The notes under the pieces: model-generated
The model's database searches: none
Seen by the model: only the letters and a program-made list of their open reading frames with translations
Told to the model about the DNA's origin: nothing
Part shown: in pieces, positions 49,642 through 58,308 of the stretch
How the letters are laid out: every line of letters starts with the position of its first letter
How positions within the stretch are numbered: the first letter of the stretch is position 1
Position numbers and translations under genes: made by a program
NCBI GenBank assembly: GCA_963820525.1
Contig: CAWGAA010000001.1
Coordinates: 2,336,001 to 2,400,000 of the forward strand
Direction of reading: 5' to 3'
Source of the DNA: an uncultured Spirochaetota bacterium
Lineage (GTDB): Bacteria > Spirochaetota > Spirochaetia > SZUA-6 > Fen-1364
Length of the DNA: 64,000 nucleotides

Positions 49642-51042
49642 ATGGATGCAACGACAAAGCTGTCGACCCACGTCAAAAGGAACCCCGCCATCGTGAAGAT
49701 CGTGATCATCGCCGCCCTTGTTCTGCTCCTCCTCATCCCGCTGGCCATGATCCGTTCTCTTGTGGACGAGAGGCAGGGCGTGCACAGGGAAGCGGAAGCG
49801 GAAATACTCAAGAGCTGGGGAGGGGGCGAGACCATCGGGGGCCCGGTCCTCACGGTCCCGTACCTGGAATACTCCCTGGACGCCAAGGGCAAGCGCCTGG
49901 AGACCGTGAGGTACGCCCGCTTCCTGCCCGACAGGCTGTCATTCGACGGTGAGGCTCTGCCGGAGGTCCGCTCGCGCGGGATCTACGACGTCGCGGTCTA
50001 CACGGCGCGGATTCACGCAAGCGGGACCTTCCGCCGTCCGTCCTTCGGGGGATGGCGGATTGCACAGGAGGCGATTCTCTGGAACGCCGCGTTTCTCTCG
50101 GTTGAGCTTCCTGACATGCGAGCAGTGCAGGAGCGAGTCACCCTGACGTGGGGCGCCCGGAAGAACCCCTTCGAGACATCGACGGCGAGCCTGGGGCTGT
50201 TCGTCGGTGAGCTTCGCGCGGCCGCGACCGATCTCGCCCTCACCCAGCCGGGGGAGCGCATCACGTTCTCCTTCGATCTCGTTCTCAGGGGCGGCGATAC
50301 CCTGGAGTTCCTGCCGCTGGGAGAGGAAACCACTGTGAGCTTGCGGTCCTCCTGGAAGAGCCCCAGCTTCAACGGCGCGTTCCTCCCCGTAAGCCGCTCG
50401 CTCTCGGACTCCGGCTTCGAGGCGACGTGGAAGGTCCTCTCCATGGCGCGGATCTATCCCCAGCGATGGCTCCCCGAACAGATCGAGCCCCAGAGCATCC
50501 ACTCCTCGGCTTTCGGGGTAAGCCTCATGACGCCCGTCGACTCTTATATGAAGGTGACCCGGGCGACGAAATACGGCATACTTTTTCTGCTCCTCCCGTT
50601 TCTTACCCTCTTCTTTTTCGAGATTTTCGCCGTCCGGAGAATCCACCCCCTGCAGTACCTGTTCGTGGGGTTCGCAGAATGCATCTTCTACCTCCTGCTC
50701 CTGTCCCTCTGCGAGCACATCCCCTTCCTGGCCGCCTACATCGCCGCCGCCGCGGCCTCCATCGGCCTCATTGCCTCCTACACCTTCGCCATTTCATCGC
50801 GGTGGAAGGGGAGCTTCCTGATCCTTCCCGTTCTTATCACCGCGTACGCATTCCTCTATCTGGTTCTCCGCTCCGAGGACTACGCTCTCCTCGTCGGATC
50901 TCTGGGGCTGTTCATCATCCTTTCGGCCGTCATGGCGCTGACCCGCAAGATCGACTGGTATTCGATCGGGCTTCCCAGAACCGCGCCGGAAGCGAAGGGG
51001 CGGGGTGATGGGGTGGAGGGAGGCGGAGGTGAAAAAAGTTGA
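49642..51042 (+). CDS. creD: Inner membrane protein CreD
   Basis: LLIPL..I..LV.ER, RGIY, W.SPSF.G.FLP, RATKYG.LF, IHPLQY, EDYALLVGS, TRKIDWY. Confidence 0.93.
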   Translation: MDATTKLSTHVKRNPAIVKIVIIAALVLLLLIPLAMIRSLVDERQGVHREAEAEILKSWGGGETIGGPVLTVPYLEYSLDAKGKRLETVRYARFLPDRLSFDGEALPEVRSRGIYDVAVYTARIHASGTFRRPSFGGWRIAQEAILWNAAFLSVELPDMRAVQERVTLTWGARKNPFETSTASLGLFVGELRAAATDLALTQPGERITFSFDLVLRGGDTLEFLPLGEETTVSLRSSWKSPSFNGAFLPVSRSLSDSGFEATWKVLSMARIYPQRWLPEQIEPQSIHSSAFGVSLMTPVDSYMKVTRATKYGILFLLLPFLTLFFFEIFAVRRIHPLQYLFVGFAECIFYLLLLSLCEHIPFLAAYIAAAAASIGLIASYTFAISSRWKGSFLILPVLITAYAFLYLVLRSEDYALLVGSLGLFIILSAVMALTRKIDWYSIGLPRTAPEAKGRGDGVEGGGGEKS

Positions 51043-51049
51043 TTCCAGA

Positions 51050-51078
51050 TTGACAAAAAAATCCCTTGGGGAAACAGT
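51050..51078 (+). promoter_or_regulatory. Possible sigma-70 promoter for the radical SAM operon (leaderless)
   Basis: TTGACA-N17-AACAGT, with 6 nt before ATG 51085 and no SD. Confidence 0.4.
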
Positions 51079-51084
51079 GATGCG

Positions 51085-51717
51085 ATGCCAGTCAAGCACC
51101 CGTTTCTTCTGTATCTCCGCTCCCGGCTGAACCTCTGGGTCTCTGCGGCCGCCGCGGGCCTCATCATCGCCGCGGCGGTCTTCCTGGGCTCCTGGCTCCT
51201 TGCGGCGGCCATCCTCGTCCTTTTCGCGTACCTCGTCGCCACCTTCCTCCTGTTCTTCTCGCACAGGGGCGCCCGGGAAGTCGTCGAGGAAAGCGAGCAG
51301 GACAGAATGAAGAAGGTTCGGGAGAAAATCGACTATTACGCTCGAATGCGGGAACAAATCGCAGTTCTGCGCGTTGGAGACGAGGCCATGAGAAAGAGCC
51401 TGGAGTACTTTCTCCTCGAATCCGGCGCGTACATAGAGAAATGCCGCCAGGCCGGACTCTATTCCCCCCGGGCGAACAAGAGGATCGAGGACGCGCTGGA
51501 GATCTGCCAGGCTTTTCTCGGGGAGCTGGACGAGAGCTCCACGGAAAAACGCTACGGCGTGCGGGATGGGGAGAGCTTCGAGGAGTTCGCAAAGAGGTCA
51601 GTGGATGCGGTGATGGCGGCCGGCTCGGACATCAAGGAGTGGACCACCGAGGACCTCATCGGCCTGAGCGCCCAGGACAGGCTGTCCATCATCGAGGAGC
51701 TGGAAGGGAAAAAATGA
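51085..51717 (+). CDS. Hypothetical 2-TM membrane protein with helical cytoplasmic domain
   Basis: Two hydrophobic segments then charged helices; ATGA overlap with the next gene. Confidence 0.7.
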   Translation: MPVKHPFLLYLRSRLNLWVSAAAAGLIIAAAVFLGSWLLAAAILVLFAYLVATFLLFFSHRGAREVVEESEQDRMKKVREKIDYYARMREQIAVLRVGDEAMRKSLEYFLLESGAYIEKCRQAGLYSPRANKRIEDALEICQAFLGELDESSTEKRYGVRDGESFEEFAKRSVDAVMAAGSDIKEWTTEDLIGLSAQDRLSIIEELEGKK

Positions 51718-53339
51718 GCAGAAGGTTTGCCCCGGTTGTTCTCGCGTTCTGTCTGGCGGCGAGCGCCGCATTCGGCCTGGACGTCCGGCTCAACTCCGCG
51801 GAGATGGACGTCGTGGTGCGTCCGGACGGCAAAGCCGCCGTATTCGAGAGCCTCGACTGGATGGCTTCCGGCGGTCAGATGCACGGGTTCTACTTCCAGG
51901 GGGCGGCCGCCCCGCCCGTCTTCAACCTGGACCAGTGCCACGCCGACCTGGCGGGGGGGACGCGCGTCGGCCTCCAGATCTCGGACCTGGGCTCCGGCAA
52001 ATACGACGTCGTGCTGGCGGGCGGCCGCGGATTCAGCGGCTCCGCCATGTACTTCCTCAACTACGGCCAGGACCTGGCGAGGACAAAGCTCATCGGCACC
52101 ACCGAGTCGAGCCAGCTGGGAAAGCTCTTCTACTTCGACTGGGCGCCGGAGGAGTGGGAGTATCCAATGGACCACAGGACGGTCCGGGTTGTCCTCCCCA
52201 TCAAGACGGGAAGCGATGTCGGCCAGGCTCTCATCGACAAGATCGACCTTCGCACCGAGCCGTACGTCAACCAGGAGAACAAGATCGACTACTTCGGCAG
52301 CAAGGGAAGCGACGGCTCGTACTATCTCACCATCCGATTCCACCAGCAGAGCGTCGCCCCGAGGCAGAGCCAGCGGATCCAGTTCTACATCAAGGCGGAT
52401 CAGGTGCCCATGACGGTCTCCCTGACGGAGAGCACGCAGGTCCCGCAGGCGGGTGCTCCTTCCGGAAGCCAGGGCGAGACACAGCCGTCAGAGATGTACC
52501 CCGAGCGGACGCGGCTCCTCCCGAACCCCCTCATCTCCGCCCCCTTCCTGGGAGCCCTCATTGTCCTCGAGATCGTTCTCTACCTCCTGAAGGTGAGAGG
52601 ATTCGCAAAGACCGTGGAAAAGGTGGAGAGCATCCGCTGGGCGGGCGACAACTGGATTCCGCCCAAGCTCTACGTCGGCACGTATCAAGTGAAGGGCAAG
52701 ATCGTCAAGGACCTCCACCCCATCGAGGCCGCGCTGCTGTTGGAGCTGCCCCTCGCCCGGGTGGTGGCGATTATGCTTGAAGGCCTCAAGCGTCAGGGCA
52801 TCATCGAGGTGGTCACGGAGGACCCCCTCCAGATCAGGATCCTCACGGCCCGCAAGGCCGAGCACGAGTACGAGGAGCTTTTCCTCCAGGCCTTCGACAC
52901 CAAGGGCAATGTTCTCTCGGGGCTCCTCTCCGACTTCTTCGAGAAGGTGCTGGCCAGGCTCCAGGAAAAGATCTGGGACTGCGACATCGAGGCGACGAAG
53001 GACTTCTATAGAAAGAAGCTCGAGCAGAGGGAGGAAACTGAAGCGGACCGCCTGGAGCCGCACTACTGGTACTGGACCTCCTACCGCTACATCTACTGGA
53101 ACGCGGCCGTCTACCCCCACATCCACCTGCCGGCCGAGTTCTCCTCCGGCTACCAGCAGTTCATGGCATCGGCCTCCTGCTTCAAGGGATGCTTCGCTCC
53201 GGCGCAGGCAATGACGGGCGGAGTCGGCGCCTGCTATTCAGCGTGCCATAACGCCTGCCACTCCGCCTGCCATTCAGCCTGCCATTCGGCCTGCCACTCC
53301 GCCTGTCATTCAGCCTGCGTCTCCGGGGGGGCGCACTGA
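51714..53339 (+). CDS. Membrane protein (signal peptide, DUF2207-like periplasmic domain, TM) with a C-terminal (A-C-x-x)8 Cys repeat; putative radical SAM target
   Basis: Start MSRRFAPVVLAFCLAASAAFG; TM PFLGALIVLEIVLYLL; ends ACYSACHNACHSACHSACHSACHSACHSACVSGGAH. Confidence 0.8.
   Translation: MSRRFAPVVLAFCLAASAAFGLDVRLNSAEMDVVVRPDGKAAVFESLDWMASGGQMHGFYFQGAAAPPVFNLDQCHADLAGGTRVGLQISDLGSGKYDVVLAGGRGFSGSAMYFLNYGQDLARTKLIGTTESSQLGKLFYFDWAPEEWEYPMDHRTVRVVLPIKTGSDVGQALIDKIDLRTEPYVNQENKIDYFGSKGSDGSYYLTIRFHQQSVAPRQSQRIQFYIKADQVPMTVSLTESTQVPQAGAPSGSQGETQPSEMYPERTRLLPNPLISAPFLGALIVLEIVLYLLKVRGFAKTVEKVESIRWAGDNWIPPKLYVGTYQVKGKIVKDLHPIEAALLLELPLARVVAIMLEGLKRQGIIEVVTEDPLQIRILTARKAEHEYEELFLQAFDTKGNVLSGLLSDFFEKVLARLQEKIWDCDIEATKDFYRKKLEQREETEADRLEPHYWYWTSYRYIYWNAAVYPHIHLPAEFSSGYQQFMASASCFKGCFAPAQAMTGGVGACYSACHNACHSACHSACHSACHSACHSACVSGGAH
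53229..53324 (+). repeat. 12-bp coding tandem repeat x8 (A-C-[H/Y/V]-[S/N])
   Basis: gcc tgc cay tcn units with synonymous variation. Confidence 0.95.
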
Positions 53340-53341
53340 GA

Positions 53342-54721
53342 ATGACAACGAAGAAAGGCGCCTCCGCGCCGGTAACCGTGGCGGACCTGGCCTGGATAGA
53401 CGAGTTCTACCGTGAAATGCGGCCCTACCTCTTTGTGCGTGAAGAAGACGAAGTGGTGATCCTTCCGCCCAATCAGGTCTACAAGGCCAATTCTTCGGGG
53501 ATAGCCCTGCTCAAGCACCTGGAGCGCGGCCGGAGGATCTCCCGGTTTGCCGGGCTCCAGGATGGAGAGCGGGCGCACCAGGTGAACGACTTCTTCGCCG
53601 ACCTGCGCGACTTCTGCGCCGGCGACACGAGGGGCATGGACTCACGGCCTTCGGTGGAAAGGATCCCCTACACCTTTCACTACACGGCCCTTCCCATTCT
53701 CGGCGAGATCGCCGTCACCTACCGCTGCAACAACTCATGCCTGTTCTGCTACGCCTCGTGCGGCAGCGGCGCTCGCGGCTGCGGCGGCGGCCCCCAGGCG
53801 CTCGGCGGCGCAGGCGGAGAACGCAGCGAGATGACCCTGGCCGAGATCAAGCGGATAATCGACATCTTCAAGACCGAAGCCCATATCCCCTTCTTCTCTT
53901 TTACGGGAGGCGAGCCGCTCCTGAGGAGGGATCTGGAGGAGATGATCCGCTATGCCCGCGCAATAGGATTGCGGGTCAACCTCATCACCAATGCGACGAT
54001 GGCGGATCCCTCACGGTCGCGCCGGCTCCGCAAGAGCGGCCTCACCACTGCCCAGGTAAGCGTTGAAAGCCCCGACGAAGAGATCCACGACCGTCTCACG
54101 GCCAGTCCCGGCTCCTTCCGCCGGACCCTCCAGGGAATCAGAAGCCTTCAGGAGGCGGGTATCGCGGTGCAGACCAACACCACCATCACGGCGGCAAACG
54201 CCGGTTCGGCGCCGCAGATGCCCGCGTTCCTCGCCGGCCGGGGAGTGAGCCGCTTCGCAATGAACCTCTACATCCCCGTCTCCGCCGGCGGGGCGCACAA
54301 CGGCTTGTTCTTTCCCTACTCTTCAATCGGCCCCGTGATCGAGTCGGTGCGGGCGGCCGCGCTTGGCCGGGGCCTCACCTTCTATTGGTATTCACCCGTT
54401 CCGCACTGCATCTACAATCCGATCGCAAAGGGGCTGGGAAACAAGTCGTGCGCAGCGATGGACGGGCTTCTGTCGGTATCGCCTTCGGGGGAGGTCCTTC
54501 CCTGCTCTTCCTACCCCCGGTCGATGGGCAGCCTTCTGACGAAGAGCTTCCGCGATGTGTGGTTCTCCGCGGAGGCGGCCCATTTCAAGAACAAGGAATA
54601 CGCTCCCGCCTGCTGCGCGGGCTGCGAGAGCTTTCGCGCCTGCCAGGCCGCCTGCCCCCTGTACTGGGAGCAGGCGGGAACGGCGGAGATCGCGGGCGCG
54701 CGTTCGCTGAAGGAGGCATGA
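53342..54721 (+). CDS. Radical SAM/SPASM protein with N-terminal PqqD/RRE-like domain
   Basis: CNNSCLFC, FTGGEPLLR, LITNA; SPASM C..(SPSGEVLPC)..CAGCESFRACQAAC; extra ~90-aa N-terminal domain. Confidence 0.92.
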   Translation: MTTKKGASAPVTVADLAWIDEFYREMRPYLFVREEDEVVILPPNQVYKANSSGIALLKHLERGRRISRFAGLQDGERAHQVNDFFADLRDFCAGDTRGMDSRPSVERIPYTFHYTALPILGEIAVTYRCNNSCLFCYASCGSGARGCGGGPQALGGAGGERSEMTLAEIKRIIDIFKTEAHIPFFSFTGGEPLLRRDLEEMIRYARAIGLRVNLITNATMADPSRSRRLRKSGLTTAQVSVESPDEEIHDRLTASPGSFRRTLQGIRSLQEAGIAVQTNTTITAANAGSAPQMPAFLAGRGVSRFAMNLYIPVSAGGAHNGLFFPYSSIGPVIESVRAAALGRGLTFYWYSPVPHCIYNPIAKGLGNKSCAAMDGLLSVSPSGEVLPCSSYPRSMGSLLTKSFRDVWFSAEAAHFKNKEYAPACCAGCESFRACQAACPLYWEQAGTAEIAGARSLKEA

Positions 54722-55638
54722 AGAAAATGCTGCTCGCCTACACGATCCCCAAGGTCCCGCTTACCGTCCGCCTCCTTCTCTTCGCCGCATTCGCGGCGGC
54801 GGGAGCAGCGGTCCAGCTCCTCCTGGGCGACTTCGGCGTCTTTCTGGGCGCCATCCTGATGGTACCGGGGCTCATCTTCGTCTGGGCAAAGGGCTATCGG
54901 AACAAGCCGGTTGACCTCGGCTTCCAGGACTGGCAGCCCGTTTCAGCCGCCGAGTTCGGAAGGATCAAGAGCAATCTTGCATTCACGCGAAAGGGGCGCT
55001 ACTCAGTGATCTACAAGCCGGGATTCGGGGTCTTCATCATCATCGCCCTGGGAATCCTCGCGCTCGTGTTCCTCTTTTCGGAGGCCGCCCTGGCCGCCCT
55101 GTTCTCCTTCGACGCGGCCGTGCTCCTCCTCCCCTTCCTCTTCTCCGGCAACGTGAGGCTGTGGACGCCGCAGGAGCTCGCCTTCAAGATGCACGGCTTC
55201 GATACAATCGTCGGATCCGAGCCGACTGAAGGCGGCGACATCATCATCACCCCGTACCTCCGCCTGGACAAGGACAAGGAGGGGAGGAGGATACCTGAGG
55301 ACATCCGCCTCATGGTGGAGCCGCGCAGGAAGCCCGCAGACTTCCTGGGAGTGCAGTTCCAGGTTGCCATCAACAAGGGCCCCAACGGGCCAGTGCCGTA
55401 CATGTACGCCGTATTCCTCTGCAAGGGTAAGGGAGAATCATTCAGTTGGGTCGATTCCCAGCGCTTCTCCGGCATGGAGCAGGAGCCGGGAGGGGACAAG
55501 GAGTACGGCTATGTCGTGGTCCGCCAGAAAACCTCGGGAACGGGCTATCACACGACCGACTCCGACATCAAGAGGCTCTACGGCATCGTCAAGGAAAAGC
55601 TCCTCGCGATGAAAGGCGGCGACAAGGCGGCCAATTAG
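54718..55638 (+). CDS. Hypothetical multi-TM membrane protein
   Basis: SD AGGAGG; ATGA overlap with the radical SAM stop; about 4 TM segments plus a soluble C-domain. Confidence 0.75.
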   Translation: MKKMLLAYTIPKVPLTVRLLLFAAFAAAGAAVQLLLGDFGVFLGAILMVPGLIFVWAKGYRNKPVDLGFQDWQPVSAAEFGRIKSNLAFTRKGRYSVIYKPGFGVFIIIALGILALVFLFSEAALAALFSFDAAVLLLPFLFSGNVRLWTPQELAFKMHGFDTIVGSEPTEGGDIIITPYLRLDKDKEGRRIPEDIRLMVEPRRKPADFLGVQFQVAINKGPNGPVPYMYAVFLCKGKGESFSWVDSQRFSGMEQEPGGDKEYGYVVVRQKTSGTGYHTTDSDIKRLYGIVKEKLLAMKGGDKAAN

Positions 55639-55722
55639 GTCCGCAGCCCTGCTGCGCGCGGCTCCAACCGCAGGCAAGTCCGCACGCTGCCGCAAGGGCG
55701 CCGCGCCTGCGCGCAGCTGCGG

Positions 55723-58261
55723 CTACCTCGCTTTTATCTTGCAGGCGAGATCCTTGCTGAAGGCAGGAACGTCCAGGGTCAGCGCACCGTCCCGGGCGGT
55801 CAGGGTCTGCTCGGAAACAAGCCTTCCGGTCTGGGGGTCCCAAAGCTGGACGCTCCACTTTGAAGAGGCGGAATCCTCAGCGCGGCCTCCATCTCCGCCC
55901 GAGCCGCCCGCCGATGCTCCGGCTTTCAGGCCGACGGGGATGTCGATGGTGAATCCCTCCAGGGTCGGAAAGACCACGTTGCCCAGGCCCTCGCTGATCG
56001 CCAGATCCTCGAAGCCCTGATACGAATAATGGGAATCCTTGATCCAGACGAAGCTCTCCTCCGGCCCGGAAAGCCGATAGATACGGACTCCGGTGCGCTT
56101 TTCCATCGGGGCGGGCGCCAGATTCATCCCCGCAAGGTCCATCGCCGGCGAGGAACCGGGAGAGGGCCCGAATTGTCCGTAGAGATCGTTCGGCTCGATG
56201 TACTGGTCCCACCACCACAGCATCCCCCCGGCGGCAGCCCCGGCCATGAAGCTTCCCCACATCCCGTCATGGAGGATGATTCCCTCCTTGTCCGGGATAT
56301 CGCCGCTGATGCCGTACTCCCCGAAGAAAAAGGGCTTGTCGGCGTCGGATCTGGCCTTGTCCGTTTCACGCTTCATGTATGCGGCCCAATCGCCCAGGCT
56401 GTACTTGTGCTCCTGCACGAAATCCATCATCTGCCAGGACGGATCGTCGGCCGAAACGGGAATGGAGTAGCTGTTGCTCACCATGTGCCTGCCCAGATCC
56501 AGGCTCCTGATGCCGTCTGCCGTCTCTTTCAGCCAAGGGACCCAGTCGGGGGAGCCAATGACGCCATCCGCGAAGTTCACCTCGTTCCACAGCTCCCAGG
56601 CGAAGATGTGCGTGCTGTAGCCCCAACGCGAGACGATATAGCGCATCCGCTGCATGAAGAGCTTTTTCGCCCTCGGGTCCGAGAGGAATTGCGCAGGCGT
56701 ATCCAGGAATCCCCCCGCGGCCCTGTTGTAGGGATTGGACTGCCACTCCGGATTCGTCCCCGTGCTGAACGCGCCGTGATTGAGCAGGCAGAGCATGAGG
56801 TAGATGCCCTTCTTCCCGGCGAGGTCCACTACAGAGTCGAGCTCCCATGCCTGGCGCTGCCGCGCCGAATAATCGCCTAGCCCCGTGTCCGACCACTCCT
56901 GGGCAAAGCCCCAGCTTGCAAACCAGATCCGCGCGTAATTGGCGCCCGCGCCGCCCATTTTTCCGAACCAGAGGTCGTAGGCGGAGATGCCGCGCGGGTC
57001 GTACCAGGCGACGTTGCTGCCGATGGGAAAGAATGTTCCCCCCCGCTGGAACTCGAAGTAGTGGCGGTCCCGCGTCGAGACATGGATGTAGCCTCGATCC
57101 GAGCCGGCAATCGTGTCGAAGCTGCGCAGATCCGATTCAACCGCTTGTTCCGGGGCCGGGGAGGCGCTCCCCGATTGTAGCTGCCTCCATTTCCGCGCCA
57201 CGAGCTTGTACGACCACTTCCCTTCTTCGCTCGGCGCGAATCTGACCTTCCACCAACCGTCCCCCTCGGGCCTGATTGACTCCTGCGAGACGGACGTGTC
57301 CCGCGCAAAAGGGACATACCAGAACGCCGGAACGCGCGAGGTCTTGCCGGACGGCGAGGTGAACAGGGCATCGAGAGTGAGCTCCGCCGGATCGTAGGGA
57401 TTGGCCGCGCGAAGGGAGAAGCTCGGCGTCGATCTCGAACTTCTCGAACACGGGAACTCTTGCCGCAGCCATGATCGAGCTGAACGCGAAGGCCTGCCCC
57501 GCGGCGGGAGACCCCGTGGCGGGAGATTCCGGAGCCCGCCGGGCCGATGGGGCCCCTCGCGCGGAAATGAGACGCAGGTTGTCGAAGAGCACGCTCCCGG
57601 CCGGGTTTTCAAGGCCGGTAATGGAAAAGCCGATCAGCGAAACGTTCTGGGCATTGCGAATGTCGGCCACTCTCCTGCCCGAGGTCTCGGGAGAGCTGAA
57701 TGTCCGGCCGTGGAAGTCGAAGGAGAGCGTGGACGTTGAGTGAGGCACGATGCTGAATACCTGTGACCTCTGGGCCGATCCATCCTGGCCGGCCTCCAGG
57801 AAAAGGGAGATCATGAGCCTTTCGGTGCAGCGGCTGACCACGTCTATCTCCAGGCCATCCACCCTGCTCCAATCCTGCGGGGGCGTCAGCCTGCGAAAGA
57901 AGTCCACGGATGCGAGGCCGGTGATGGCAAAGCTCACCTCCAGGGCGCCCGAACCCTCGGTCTGGCCCTCGCGCACGATCCGCAGCGATGCCTGCGCCTT
58001 GCCCTCGGATCTCACCTTGAGGGATGCACCCGCTTCGAAGGGTCCCTGCGCCGATTTCCATCCCGACTCCACATCGAAGCTGTCCCACGGTATTCGATCC
58101 AGCGGTGTCCCCCTCCCTGGCGCCTCTGCTCCCGGCGCCGCCAGACCAGGCGCCTCCGGAGAGGTTCCACAGCCCGCCATCGCCGCGAAAACGAGAAGGC
58201 CCGCAAGGGCGGGAAGCGATGTCCCGCCGCGCGTCGCGCGGGTGTGTTTGGATGGGCTCAT
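55723..58261 (-). CDS. GH5-like (clan GH-A) glycoside hydrolase lipoprotein with N-terminal CBM-like and DUF5060-like domains; frameshifted near 57425
   Basis: Lipobox MAGC; NPYDP..F.SPSG..FW..WKVRFAP; RYIVSRWGYS, AWELWNE, QEHKY, KPFFFGEYG, WWWD. The two track ORFs join at ~57420-57430. Confidence 0.75.
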
Positions 58262-58308
58262 GCTGTCATTCTTTCCAAGGTTGTCGGCGCCGCTTGAGCA
58301 AGTCTTTC

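Noticed and set aside
53229..53324. 12-bp repeats as CRISPR or a non-coding VNTR
   Set aside because: There are no spacers; the repeats are in frame with synonymous variation; no cas genes are present.
53342..54721. Radical SAM enzyme as PqqE or a heme biosynthesis enzyme
   Set aside because: No pqq or ahb/nir genes are in context; the adjacent Cys-repeat protein is the more plausible partner.
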